64,000 nt of DNA from Narcine bancroftii (Eukaryota): positions 85,188,001-85,252,000 of the forward strand of contig NC_091479.1 of the NCBI RefSeq assembly GCF_036971445.1. The letters are read 5' to 3'. Position 1 is the stretch's first letter, and each line of letters starts with the position of its first letter. A model generated the notes under the pieces. It ran no database searches. It was not told the DNA's origin and saw only the letters and a program-made list of their open reading frames with translations. Below are positions 13,059 to 26,373 of the stretch, one piece after another. Both the position numbers and the translations under genes were made by a program.

Positions 13059-13491
13059 GCTCAATCCTCAACATTCATTGGAGCGACTTCATCCCTAACG
13101 TCGAAGTACTCGAGATGGCAGAGGCCGACAGCATCGAATCCACGCTGCTGAAGATCAAACTGCGCTGGGTAGGTCACTTCTCCAGAATGGATGACCATCG
13201 CCTTCCCAAGATCGTGTTATATGGCGAGCTCTCCACTTCCCACCGAGACAGAGGTGCACCAAAGAAGAGGTACAAGGACTGTCTAAAGAAATCTCTTGGT
13301 GCCTGCCCCATGGACCACTGCCAGTGGGCTGATATCGCCTCAAACCGTGCATCTTGGCGCCTCACAGTTCGGCGGGCAGCAATCTCCTTTGAAGAAGACC
13401 ACAGAGACCACCTCACTGACAAAAGACAAAGGAGGAAAAACCCAACACCCAACCCCAACCCACCAATTTTCCCTTGCCAAGCCAAAGAAGA
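13059..13491 (+). mobile_element. 5'-truncated RTE-clade LINE with an internal 3' deletion
   Basis: SILNIHWSDFIPNVEVLE...LRWVGH..RM.DHRLPKIVLYGEL...RDRGAPKKRYKD; ends gccaagccaaagaag like the other copies. Confidence 0.92.
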
Positions 13492-13819
13492 CCATCAGCT
13501 GCAAGGCTTACACTAGAAATGTAATGGGAATTTTCTCCACTTGTCTGCATATGTACAGCTGCATCATACAAAAAAAAATGAAAAACCAGTTCAGAGCAAT
13601 TATTTTGACCAGCACGTTGGACATAACCCTACATTTTCACCTCCTTTATTACTGTTGCTGTCATTTTGTACTCTTCGTGAAAAATTGTACTCCAGTGTTC
13701 TCTTACAAGCTATTAAGTATATAGTACAGCATTTTTTTATTGGAGATTTGATCATCACTGGTGAGGCCAACAAGTATTGCCCACCCTAATTATCCCAGAT
13801 AAGGTGGTGGTGAGCTGAT

Positions 13820-14020
13820 TGTGAACTTTAGGAGCAAATCAGGAGAACACAAACTAATCCTGATGGATGGAGGGAGCGGCAGTGGAGAGGGTCAAGAACT
13901 TCAAATTCCTGGGTGTCAACATTTCTGAGGATCTGTCCTAGGGCCTCCATGTCGATGCAATCATGAAGAAGGCTCACCAACGGCTGTACTCTGTTGGAAG
14001 TTTGAAGAGATTTGGTATGT
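13820..14020 (+). mobile_element. Rex1/Babar-like LINE fragment truncated at the LTR junction
   Basis: Near-match to 17395-17590 (VERVKNFKFLGVNISEDLS). Confidence 0.75.
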
Positions 14021-14617
14021 ATTACAAGCTTTCGTTTCATTTAGTGTGAGTATCACTTGGAGGACTAGTACCAGCTGTGGAGAGACTGGATGGCTACTAG
14101 TACAGACTATACCCAAAGTTGATACTCAGGAGGAAGAGAAAGAGCATTTGTTGCTTCATCCCAGGACACAGGTGGTGAGAGAGTCATGTGAGTGGAACAC
14201 TGAAGGAAACAGTTTTTTTTATGATTGATCACCAACCATCTCATGGAACACTGATGTGGAGTGACTATGTAAAATGGACATTCGGCTGATTCTCCCTGTC
14301 AGGGGAATTATTGAAACACACCATGACCAAAGGAAAGGTCACTTTGTCTGACCTATACTTGGGTTGTGGAAGCATTATGGAAGTCATACGTTTCGTTTCC
14401 CCCATGCAAGGAAAAGGGGAGTTGTGACAACTGTTCATCTGAAAGGATATTTCTCAGTGAGAAACTCAACAAGGATTTGTGAGTTTACAGCAGTCCTGTC
14501 ACCATCTCTCCCACCTCCTCCATGATTACATCTGGGCATAAGTTTAAGAGTTTGAGTTTCGACACAGAATTTTTAAGACTGAACTTTGTAATGACTTTCC
14601 AGAATTGTTCCTAAGCT

Positions 14618-14620
<3 letters not shown>

Positions 14621-14676
<56 letters not shown>
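14621..14676. repeat. (AC)28 microsatellite within the LTR
   Basis: Read directly from the sequence. Confidence 0.97.
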
Positions 14677-14680
<4 letters not shown>

Positions 14681-14730
14681 CTGTATATAGTTGGAGTTAA
14701 TTTAATTAATGTGCTATATTATTAGTAGTA

Positions 14731-16521
14731 GGTCGGGTCAGATACAGCAATGAGCTCTCTGAACCCTTCTCCATTAACAATGGCATGAAGAAAAGCTGCG
14801 TTCTTGCACCAACCCTCTTTTCAATCTTCTTCAGCATGATGCTGAAACAAGCTGCGAAAGACCTCAACAATAAAGACGCTGTTTACATCCGGTACCGCAC
14901 GGATGGCAGTCTCTTCAATCTGAGGCGCCTGCAAGCTCACACCAAGACACAAGAGCAACTTGTCCGTGAACTACTCTTTGCAGACGATGCTGCTTTAGTT
15001 GCCCATTCCGAGCCAGCTCTTCGGCACTTGATGTCCTGTTTTGCGGAAACTGCCAAAATGTTTGGCCTGGAAGTCAGCCTGAAGAAAACTGAGGTCCTCC
15101 ATCAACCAGCTCCCCACCATGACTACCAGCCCCCACACATCTCCATCGGGCACACAAAACTCAAAATGATCAACCAGTTTACCTATCTTGGGTGCACCAT
15201 TTCATCGGATGCAAGGATCGACAATGAGATAGACAACAGACTCGCCAAGGCAAATAGCGCCTTTGGAAGACTACACAAAAGAATCTGTAAAAACAACCAA
15301 CTGAAAAACCTCACAAAGATTAGCGTATACAGAGTCGTTGTCATACCCACACTCCTGTTCGGCTCCGAATCATGGGTCCATATAACCATATAACCACTTA
15401 CAGCACAGAACAGGCCAGTTCGGCCCTACTAGTCCATGCCGTAGCAAATCCCCATTTTTTTTCCCTTTTCTTTACCCTCTCTTCAATTCCTCCCAAGCTT
15501 AGCCAGAACAAAAAAATGTTTTACATAAAGAGAGGTCACATGACTCCCTTTCTCCGCCTCCCATTGTCCTGACTCATACTGTTACAAAACCACCAAGTTC
15601 AGTAATGTTTTGTTTATTTTGAATTATTTGGGGGGAATTTGTACTGATGGTATCTTTTTTCTCTCTCTCTCAATTCACCATTACAGCTGCTTTATTAATC
15701 CAACAGCTCATAAAGGCAATGCTCCCCTAATTTTGGGGCACTGTCATCAAACACTGATGAACATAGCCAGTGGGTCTAAAACTGCAACGATTGCTTCTTC
15801 GGGGGGGGAAATATGTAAGATAATCTTGATTATAACTCATTGTTGCAGCCGGACTCTGCTTCAACTCTTATCAAGACAAACATCTCAATGTCGAATTGTG
15901 TTTGCAGCTCTTGATATAAAAGGGTTGATATAAAAGGGTTTACCGGCATCACCTACGGTTCCTAGAATGCTTCCACCAGCGTTGTCTCCGCTCCATCCTC
16001 AACATTCATTGGAGCGACTTCATCTCCAACATCGAAGTACTCGAGATGGCAGAGGCCGACAGCATCGAATCCACGCTGCTGAAGATCAAACTGCGCTGGG
16101 TAGGTCACGTCTCCAGAATGGAGGACCATCGCCTTCCCAAGATCGTGTTATATGGCAAGCTCTCCACTGGCCACCGAGACAGAGGTGCACCAAAGAAGAG
16201 GTACAAGGACTGCCTAAAGAAATCTCTTGGTGCCTGCCACATTGACCAGTGGGCTGAGATCGCCTCAAACCGTGCATCTTGGCGCCTCGCAGTTCGGCAG
16301 GCAGCAACCTCCTTTGAAGAAGACCGCAGAGCCCACCTCACTGACAAAAAAACAAAGGAGGAAAAACCCAACACCCAACCCCAACCCACCAATTTTCCCC
16401 TGCAACCGCTGCAACCGTGCCTGCCTGTCCCGCATCGGACTTGTCAGCCACAAACGAGCCTGCAGCTGACGTGAACTTTACCCCTCCATAAATCTTCGTC
16501 CGCGAAGCCAAGCCAAAGAAG
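14731..16521 (+). mobile_element. RTE-clade LINE (5'-truncated), split by an insertion at 15380-15940
   Basis: RT ORF 14785..15393 (CVLAPTLF, LLFADDAAL, FTYLG) breaks at GSESWV and resumes at 15941 (YRHHLRFLECFHQRCLRSIL). C-terminal CNRCNRACLSRIGLVSHKRAC and a 3' end aagccaaagaag. Confidence 0.93.
15380..15940 (-). mobile_element. Insertion: CR1-like 3' end with (TATGGTTA)n tail fused to about 490 bp of unrecognised sequence
   Basis: Plus strand ataaccatataaccacttacagcacagaacaggcc matches the same 3'-end motif at 44921, 51316 and 57629. The right end has a 14-bp tandem duplication tgatataaaagggt. Confidence 0.6.
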
Positions 16522-17219
16522 ATTAATAAATATACTGTTTTAAAAGAAAACAATAAGCCTGCCTTGGTGAATTTCTATTGCTGCTGGTCTGCGACATAAC
16601 AAATTAGGGGCTCATCCAGGATCTGACAAAACTTGGAGCTAGTCATTGATTGATTTTTGAATTGTTTGGTTAAATTCCTTTTTGAAAGCCAATTAAAAGG
16701 CTTGTGAGTGTGGGAAAATAGCAGCAAAAGAAATTAATGAGTTTTTAAAAACTTGATGCCCAGTTTTGAGCTACAACCACAATTGTAGTGCCATACGATA
16801 TGATGGAGGATATCCTTGACATGAGGATATCCTTGACAGGATTTTTCTCCGTAAGAACTGTGTAGTGGTTAATTTTACCAGCATTATCATTGATTGATGC
16901 ATCAGCCACAGGTAGATATGTGAGAACAGGGTTAATTAGGTTTATCCCTTATCATGGACATTCACTACCTGCTGCAGATCCAATCTGGCAATTATGTCCA
17001 TCAGGATTTCATCAGGCCTTTTAGTGACTGTGTGAGTAAGCCTTTCTTCATGGTGGACATTGAAGTGCCCCGTTTGAGAACAATTTATGTCCTTGCTTTT
17101 TACATTGTTTCTTCTTAATGTTGTTCAACCATGATGAAAACTGATTCATCAACTGAACAAGGATGGAAAGTGGTCATCAGAAGGAAGTTTTTGTTTGCCT
17201 ACATATGACTTTGCCTACA

Positions 17220-18095
17220 TTTGTTCCTGTATGGCCAGGCACAAATGCCATTTACAAGTTTGCCAATTACACCACATTTTTCGGCAGAATCACAAATGGC
17301 AATGAAAAAGTGTGCAGGAGGGAGATAGGTCAGCTTGTTGAATGGTGTAATGTTAACAACCTTTCTCTCAATGTCAGCAAATCCAAGAAGATGATTGTGG
17401 ACTTCAGGAGGAAGTCAGGGGAACACGACCCAGTCTTCATCAAGGGCTCAGTAGTCGAGAGGGTCAAGAACTTCAAATTCCTGGGTGTAAACATCTCTGA
17501 GGACCTGTCCTGGAGCCTCCACGTTGGTGCCATCACAAAGAAGGCTCATCAGCGGCTATACTTTGTGAAGTGTCTGAGGAGATTCGGTATGTCACTGGAG
17601 ACTCTTGTAAGCTTCTACATGTTTACTGTGGAGAGCATTCGGGCTGGTTGCATCAGTGCCTGATATGGAGGCTCCAACTCTCAGGGCAAGAAAAACTGCG
17701 GAGGGTTGTTATCTCAGCCTGCGTCATCACAGGCACCAGTTTTCCCTCCATCAAAGACATCTATAGGAGGCAATGCTTTGAAAAAGCAGCCTCTAACCTC
17801 AAGGACCCCCACCACCCAGGCCACACCCTCTTCACTCTGCTACCATCGGGAAAAAGGTACTGGAGCCTGAAGAGAAGCACTCAACAGCACAGGTCAGCTT
17901 CTTCCCTGCTGCCATCAGATTCCTGAATAATCAATGAACCAGAGAAACTGCCTTACTTTTCGTGCACTATTATTTTATTTTATTTAGTAATATTGTAAGA
18001 TGGTTATAATATGAATGTTTGCTCTATGATGCTGCCACAAAACACCGAATTTCATGACTTGTTTGTGATAATAAATTCTGATTCTGATTCTGATT
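17220..18095 (+). mobile_element. Rex1/Babar-like LINE 3' portion
   Basis: ORF 17163..17663: IYKFANYTT...LVEWC..NNLSLNVSKSKKMIVDFRR...FKFLGV. Ends AATAAA-(ATTCTG)n. Confidence 0.88.
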
Positions 18096-19836
18096 TGATA
18101 CTACAAGAAATTTGGAGTCAATGTTGAGGATTCCCAGGATGACATCATGAGAGATACTGCCTAGCTTGGGGACAGCCCTGCCATTTACAAGTCCTCAGAT
18201 ATTTGCGAGGAAGTCTTTTGCAAGGTCAAAGTTCTTTTATTGTGATTTGATCAATTACTTAACAGCAAAACACTGAGAGCATTGATTTAAGAAGAACATT
18301 ACCACATTCTCAAGACTACTGAGGACAGGCCTTGTCAGTGATACCATATCTGGAGATGGAGAGAGAAACAATCAGATTTTTATTCCAATCGTAAATGTTC
18401 AGTTTGCCAAGAAGCATTCAATTCTCATTAATTGACTCGTGTTCATAGATTTCTTGAAGAAGTGTGTTCTGCAATGATTGCTGTACATGCTCAAAACAGT
18501 GGCACATTTCTTTTGTAATCTAATCACTTTTGTGGAAAATATATATTCAATATTTCTTGCTGTTTTGGAATGTCAAATGAGTTATTAAATAGGAAATTAT
18601 TCAAATTTCATTTACTTTAGAATATGGTTTACATAAATCCATATCAGTATCAGTCAGAATTACAGCCTTGAGCTTGAAATATTTTCTCAGAAGAGTTGAG
18701 AGTTCCTGCTCTGTGGAGCAAGTAACAAAGGAATAAATGGGGGAAAAAAAACGTAATTTTGTTCTTGGGCTGAAAGTGACATTTGCAAGGTGGCATGTGT
18801 TGACGTTTCTAACAACTGATTGCTTTCTAACAATTGGTTGCATGTAATCCTCAGGGGACACCAAGGAAGAAATTTTCAGTTGGAGCACATATCAAAGGGT
18901 AATGCACAGGCATGCATTTGTTGGACCTGCTATGAGAATCATTATGGTGCCTTTGGCATATTTGTGGCTAACATTTTATGATAAATTGCTAAGTGGGAGG
19001 CTGGGTTTTCCAACAAAGCAACATAAAAAGGTGTATTTTACAACAGCAATCACTAAAAATTCTATAGGCAATATGACTTCATCTAAGGGTCCCAGGATCA
19101 GTAATGCAGGTGTTGATTAATAAGTGAGAAGGTAGAAGAGCATTCATTTTTCTACAAGGAGCCAACCAAATTAGTCAAAAGGTGGCAGCAATTGTCAAAT
19201 CCACTAGCAAAACTGAAAGGAACACAAATTGATACAAGATGATGACTCAGTGTTGTTATGACTCAGAGCACAATGTAGAAAAATAATAGAATACAGTAGT
19301 TGCAGTGTCTTTAGTAGATAGGGCAATGGTGAAGCATTCTGCCAGCAGATCTTCTCTTTGTAAAGTACAACCGTTCTATTCTGCTCTCCTTTCTATATTA
19401 TCATGTTGCCTTTGCTTGGTGATAATTGATCTTTCATTTCAGTGCAATCCTGTATTCTGAAAATGTTGTTCTTTTCAAGGCTGTATATATGTTAGAGACA
19501 ATTTAGTCTGCTTGCAGAACAAACCTTCTCACTGTACTAAACGTAATGTACAAATAAACCTAAAACTTACAATATATATTATGCGTACTTAATTATATGT
19601 TTAGCCCACTTCCGTCAACCACATTTTCTTGACTTAAAAAAGTTCTGCAGTACAGTGAGAAAAATTGAAGGAAATTTTATTTGAGTGTATGTGTAAACAT
19701 AGGAAACCTTTCACCCATAAGTTGACATATTATTCATCTTGTATATTTTAATTATTACATTTCTCTGATACACATCATGCCACGATGATTTAGGTTTATA
19801 CAGAATGTTGCCACAGATATGTCATAATATTGCTCT

Positions 19837-21063
19837 TATAACAGATTTGTGTTAATATTAATATTTAAAGTTAAGTTATAGAATTATATATATTTTTAGT
19901 GAGGGAATTGTGGGCTGGACAGAGTCACATGGAGATACACATTTGCACTGAGAGAGAGAGAGAGAGAGGTCATTTTCGGAGTCGATGCGTTTTGAAAAAC
20001 AGAGACATAAAAACTGAAAGGGCTTCTTAATTGAAACTCTAGAACAATGGGTGTTTGCTTAAAAGCATTTGTGTGTACATATAGCATTCTGCTGGCAGCT
20101 GTTCAAACAAGCAAGTTCTTCCTTGAATGACACATGCAGACGCAGACTATCTGGAGTCATGTCCACTTATAATTTTGGACATAGATGAGGTCAGATGCTT
20201 TTAGTGTATGGATGCGAAGTAGTTTTGAATGAACAAGCAAGAGGCCACCTGCCATGATTTGATCTTTTAGAGAAATAAAATCAGTGATGATGTCATGTCA
20301 CAGGACTTTGAGAGATATTACTGAAAACAGGGATATTTTGAGACAAATGGTTGACCATCCCATAGGGAAGACAGGATTGAAGATACAGTAGCCAGAAAGG
20401 TTCTGTTACATGTTATTCCTAGTCAAAGGAGAACACGGAATAGGTAGCTTTCGAAGGAGGAATATCACTTCTGACTGTCTCTTTAAGATAAAGAGGGCAA
20501 CCTCATAGTGTCCATGGAAATGGTCACTTTTTATTAAGAAAGAAAAATTGATCTTGCATTTGGAAACATAACCATTGTTAGATGGTTATCATTGTGGAAG
20601 AAAATAGCTACTTCACTGTCTCTTTGAAAAAGAAGACAGATGCATCATGTGGAACACAGATTCCAAAATCTCCATACAAGAGAGAGAAAATTATTCGTAA
20701 CAAAAAACATTGCTCTGAAAACAACTCTACAAAAGAAATGTTTAAGTTTTAAAAAGGTCTGATGACATGATGCTTCAAAATGCTTCATTATTGCTTTTTG
20801 AGCAATGATTTAAAGAAATCTGATGCCTCACATTTACTCCATAATTGCTTTTAAGCAGCAGTAAATTCTTAGAGTTTCAAGACGAAAGCTTTCTGAGACT
20901 GAACTTTAAAATCATCTCTTCAGAATCAAGCTTAAACTGTAATGGTTTGGGTAGTTAAATTTAGAATTAAGTAAGAATTGTTATGTTATTAATAATTAAT
21001 AATAATTTTTTTTTTGAAAATACCATTGTCTTGGTTATTACCATTGTTACAGATCTAGTACAT
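19837..21063 (+). mobile_element. Solo-LTR-like element, same family as 60341-61498
   Basis: The start TATAACAGATTTGTGTTAATATTA matches TGTGACAGAATTGTGTTAATATTA of the 60341-61498 LTR (minus strand). The 3' region is also similar; the last bases are lost at the RTE junction. Confidence 0.7.
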
Positions 21064-21552
21064 TTTTCTTTGGCTTGGCATCGCGGACGAAAATTTATGG
21101 AGGGGTAATGTCCACGTCAGCTGCAGGCTCGTTTGTGGCTGACAAGTCCGATGCGGGACAGGCAGACACGGTTGCAGCGGTTACAAGGGAAAAATTGGTT
21201 GGTTGGGTATTTTCTCCTTTGTCTTTTGTCTTTAGACAGTGAAGTGGGCTCTGCGGGCTTCTTCAAAGAAGGTTGCTGGCCGCCGAACTGTGAGGCGCCA
21301 AGATGCACGGTTTGAGGCGATATCAGCCCACTGGCGATGGTCAATGTGGCAGGCGCCAAGAGCTTTCTTTAGGCAGTCCTTGTACCTCTCCTTTGGTGCA
21401 CCTCTGTCTCGGTGGCCAGTGGAGAGCTCGCCATATAACACGATCTTGGGAAGGCGATGGTCTTCCATTCTGGAGACGTGACCTACCCAGCGCAGTTGGA
21501 TCTTCAGCAGCGTGGATTCGATGCTGTCGGCCTCTGCTATCTTGAGTACTTC
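21064..21552 (-). mobile_element. 5'-truncated RTE-clade LINE
   Basis: ORFs 21232..21564 and 21117..21359 are near-identical to the other RTE copies. Confidence 0.92.
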
Positions 21553-24500
21553 ATATTTAAACAATGGACAGTCAGAGTTACATTTTTAAAAATCAGAGGC
21601 TAAATATATTGTTTATCTGAGGATTAGAAAAGTTTTAGAAACCTTCAGGGAATTACCAAAATATCAATAGAGCAAATAGAATATGAGTAAATTGACCAGA
21701 AATATTATAAAATGTTGTAAGAGCTTCTTAAAATTTGCAACAAAATAAAGATCTGAGAAGTAAAAGCAAACCTAAGACTTTTAATGGTTTAGATAAATGA
21801 AGATTTCATGATAAATAAGGAAAATATAGCAGGTGGGATTTTGTGGGGAAATATCAGCAAGTCCTAGCAAGTTCTTGCCTAGATCTTTGGGATATCCTCA
21901 CAAATGTGCCGGTCATAAAGTTGTGATCAAGTATTTGCTATCGTTTTACCAACCACATGCTGATGTGGCAAACATTATTATACAAGCTTGAACCCTTCGA
22001 GAGGCAGGAGGCTCCAAAAATAAAGCTTTTCCCCTTCACCAGCTGTGCCAAGTTCAAATGCATCCCTTTGGCACAGAGATGGGAAAGTGAATACGACCAT
22101 CTATGGGACAACATCTTCCTGATTGTGGCTAGAAGTTTTGAAGAATTCTGGGTCCAGACATATTATCTATTGCTGGAAACTATATGGATCCCAGCAGCTA
22201 GCAAGTCTTACCCAGCAACATGTGATTCAATTGAATGAGTCTGTGCAATAGAAAGGGAAGCTAAGTTATTATTGTAAAATATTTTACATTAGCATTAGGT
22301 TTTTAATGATGTGTGCTTTGATGTTTTTAATTAATTATATTTTATATTTGCTTAAAATCTATTTTCAATTATTTATCTACTTTGTAAAATTTATTTTAAA
22401 AGTATCTGATTACCAAATATTCAAAAATATGAAACAACGTGGTAATTTTGATAAAACGGAAAACTCTACTTTCAATTTTCCTTCTACCTAGATAGATCAG
22501 GGTTATTCTGTGATTAGGGCTATTGCAGTGTGCTGCCCAGAATATCTTTGCTGCTGAGATCTGACTTGCTGCATCCCAAGACCTGCAGTTGGACAATTTT
22601 GGCCCTCAGCATACGTCTCAGTTGAATGTACACAGGCAGGCACCATGAGTCCTGATTCCAGATGGTGGGACTGCACAAGCATAATCTGCCACATGACTTT
22701 TAGAACAGTCTCCAGGGACGAGGTGGTGATTTTCCTGCATTATATTTTCTTCTTTGTCCTTAAAAGATAAACAATTATGTTCCCACAATATTTGTTAAAT
22801 TATTGCAATGACAAATGAGGTGCATAAACCATGACAAGAAGTAATAAGAATCAGTGCAACTGGAAGTCTGAAATAAGAACAGACACACTGAAAATGTTCT
22901 TTGCATTGCAATGGAGATTCCAGTATCTGCTTTGGGAGATTCAATGTCATTGTTCCTGACAGCATCCAATTTAAACTTAACTCCTTTATTTAGAACCCAT
23001 GCCTTGAAATTGTCTCAAATTTACACATTGACACTTATTATTTTCATGAATTCCTAGCATTTATACAGAATCACATTGAATTGTATGGCGGATTCTGCCC
23101 CCGTCTTTCAAACATTTCTTTAGTTTGGCATAATTTTCTGTCCATTTCTGGGAATTCAGAGAGCTTATGTTAATTTTAATTAACTGTAACAATCTCTTAC
23201 TTAAACTGCCACCCTGAAGGATTTATTAAGTCCAAAGTGACCTTTGTTAACTGCTCCAGTATATTGTATTCAGACTTCCTCGATGTCAGCACACTGGTCA
23301 CTAGAGACTGAGGGAAGTCATAACATTGTCTGTTTTAGAACATAAAGGACCCAGGCAATAAAGAGAAATTTCTGTTCCAGACCATAGAAGTGATTCTGCA
23401 ACTTGTCATTTCTGTAATGATGAGAAGGTGATTATTGAGAGGTTCTTCTAAATTGTCTAGAGGTTATACCATGTATAAATGAGATTTTAAAAATTCTGTA
23501 TTATGTTCCTTTGCAGTTGGAACAAAAAAAGTCTTTACTATTTCAAAATATGCAATTGAGTCAAGGATCATAAAAATAGGTATTTACTTCTTTCTGTAAA
23601 GTTCCAAGAATTTATTGGCTAAGATCTGGTGGTTAATAATCAGCTAAATAGAAAGAAGCCTACCCACCAATATATTTGTTTCTGTGACTTTGAGATCCTC
23701 TGTTCCAATATAACGTTCAGTCTTGTACTACCTGCAGGAGATCTATACCTCCAGGAGCACTGAAATTGTCAAGTGGCCAGTTAAAATAAAGAAAAACAAG
23801 AAATTTTAAAATATTGATTATTTTGACATTCCCTACTCAATGAATAAAATATTTGAAATTAAAATCAATATGTAGTTATTAAAAACTTTGAAAAATAAAA
23901 TAAAATTATTTTTTAAATCTTATTTTCCATTATGCAATGACAAATCAAATATATAAAAATAATAGTTTGCATAATGGTGCTGTTTTGACAGAAATTATGA
24001 CTTCATATGTTTATTTCATGGATGAAGATTGATGATAACATATAATCACCAATCATGTTGCATTTTGTTCCATTGAAAAAGACAAAATATCCCTGTAACT
24101 GAAGAGAGCAACAATGACATATTTTAGGACACAAGGGCAGATATCGGTATTGCAATCACTTTTTCACAGTTACAAACACTGATTTTAGCAAGCAAGTTTT
24201 TCCACATTGCAGTTGCTAATTCAATACCATTAAGCTTGTATTAAAAGACTTTACTCACAAAAGTTTATTATATCTCCGTACATTAAAATAAGGGAGAATG
24301 AAATTAGTGAAATGCATCCCAAAAGGAATTACTTCTGATATTAAACACATTTAATCCAATAATTAATTCATACTACATGGTTACTATTAATGCAATCTTC
24401 AAAGTACAGTAATTTAATTATTAAGATTTGAACTACTCCAATGTGACAATAAGTTTTGCTACGCTTGCTGAAATTTCAAAAGGAATACGTCAGAAGAAAT

Positions 24501-24814
24501 GTGAATTTTTAAATGCAAGATTTTAAGGTTTGCACATGTGGATCATATATCTATTAATATTAACAGCAGGAAAGGACTAATCTTCATGACCATGAAGTTA
24601 ACATTCGATATTTTGCCAGTTAATAACGGAAAATTGTTTTCCGGATAAGACCATCCTTACATAGGCATTCTTTATATTATTTATATTCTAAGTTCACACA
24701 TATAAACTAAATGAATAGGTATCCAAGTCAGAGATACAGTAAATGCAGAAACAGAGACACAGTTGAGGTGGAAAAGTTACACAAGAATGTTTGCAGAGGT
24801 TGGGGTTGAGTGCA

Positions 24815-24910
24815 AAACACAAAAAGGGCTGGAGAAACTGAACAGATCACATAGCATCTATGGAAAGTAAAATGTAACTAATGTTTTGGGACTGAGCCCT
24901 TCGTCAAGTT
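24815..24910 (-). mobile_element. Penelope-like terminal-repeat fragment with hammerhead-like core
   Basis: gctggagaaactgaacagatc motif; minus strand CTTGACGA-A-GGG-CTCAGT-CCC-AAAAC. Confidence 0.6.
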
Positions 24911-25404
24911 ATCCCTCTACTTCATCAAACCTCCTTTTACTGGGAAAGCCATCTTGTGTGGGTCAATCAATACAGTATGTATTTCAGTCATGTACCAGTT
25001 GTGAGCCAAGTATATAAAGCATGGTAACGTGAATTCTCTGGCCGAGAGTTTCTGTTTAGTCTGTGCTTAATAATTGCCAATAATTTATATTATTCTAAGA
25101 CTAAAATATCTGTGAACATCTGATATTAAATAATGTAAATCTCATTATTTTGTGAACTGGATTATAGCTTAGAATTCATGTCCTTGAACCCATTGGAGCA
25201 TTGTGCTCAGTTCAAGAAAAAAGTAAACCTAATTTATTGCAACACTGCTCCATTCCATATACAAGGTGAAAGAGATAAACTATATACACAAGCGCTGAAA
25301 GTGTCCCCATTTTTTTTTAATAGATATGGCCTACTCTTTGAATGCTCTTTAAACAAATTCAGAGATAAACCACATTAATACTTAAACTGGGAGAATAGGG
25401 CAGA

Positions 25405-25875
25405 GAACATAGAAATCTACAGCACAATACAGACCCTTCAACAGACAGAGTTGTGCCAACCTAACAATACACTAGCAACTGCCTAGAATTTTTCTACTGC
25501 AGAACCCTCCATTTTGTTCTGTTCCATGCACCCATCTTAAAGATCCTATTGTACTTGGCTCCATCACCATTGCTGGCACCACATTCCATTAACGCAGCAT
25601 TCTCTGTGTGAAGAGCTTGCGTCTTGCATCACTCCTGTACTTACTCCCAAGCACCTTAAAACTATGCCTCCTGGGGTTAACAATTTCAGCCCTGGGTAAA
25701 AGCCTCTGGCTATCCAAATGATCTCATCATCTTGTACATCTCTAACATGTCACCTCTCACCCTCTGTCACTCTGAGAAAAGACCAAGTTCACTCAACCTA
25801 TCCTCAGAAGGCATGCTTTCCAATTGAGGCAATGTCCATGTAAATCTCCTCTGCAATTTCTTGACGGCATCCATT
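25405..25875 (-). mobile_element. CR1-like (HER1-type) LINE 3' fragment
   Basis: Plus-strand agaacatagaaatctacagcacaatacagacccttc is an inverted 3' end, followed by degenerate ORF2 C-terminal sequence like 55570-56100. Confidence 0.7.
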
Positions 25876-26168
25876 TCTAAAGAATCATGCAGTCATATAA
25901 ATCATACAATTATGTAATAATCACCCAATTTTGCGTTTTCTTCAGATGCACCTTATTTCTCGCCTGAGTTGTAGCATTGATTAAAATGTGTCTTAATAAA
26001 TAAGTTCGCTTATTGTCAAAATGCTTCCAATTAATTAATTTGGATTATATGTGACTTAGTGTTTCACATTTCATCCTTTTAAGTTCTTAGTCCTCTTTGA
26101 TTTCAGATGGTACTCAGCAATGCTTTATGGTTTCAACAAATTTTGCAAATGAGGAAATAAATGAAGTC

Positions 26169-26373
26169 CAGTAAAACACGTTATCCATAATTCAAGCAAC
26201 CATCAGCCTCAAACAACCAGCAAAATAAATTGGTAAAAAATACAGAAGTTTAAAATTGACACGCCTCTCTGTTAGTTCACCAAGCACGCAACACGCAGTC
26301 TCAAGCATCCAGAAAATTCACCTATCTGGCATCTGTCAATCCTCATAGGTGCCGGATACCAGGGATTTTACTC
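26169..26373 (+). mobile_element. Tc1/mariner-like MITE
   Basis: CAGTAAAAC...GGATTTTACTC inverted termini; same family as 2992-5145 and 29333-29508. Confidence 0.7.

Larger units (their letters stand above)
14020..16760 (+). mobile_element. LTR retrotransposon 5' LTR (to 16601) with tRNA-Pro PBS and a short internal remnant; interrupted by an RTE
   Basis: AATAAA at about 16525; the LTR ends ...GACATAACA at 16601. It is followed by TAGGGGCTCATCCAGGAT (16605-16622), 15/18 to the tRNA-Pro PBS TGGGGGCTCGTCCGGGAT with all three mismatches G>A. The 3' part resembles the LTRs at 19837 and 60341. The left boundary is approximate. Confidence 0.7.

Noticed and set aside
14785-15393. 202-aa reverse transcriptase as a functional or domesticated gene, or a novel RT system
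   Set aside because: A 5'-truncated, interrupted copy of a multi-copy RTE LINE.
17163-17926. ALKBH8-N-terminal-like (DUF1891) host gene
   Set aside because: The KKAHQRLYF..LRRFG motif is part of the Rex1/Babar-like LINE ORF, which is present in many decayed copies.
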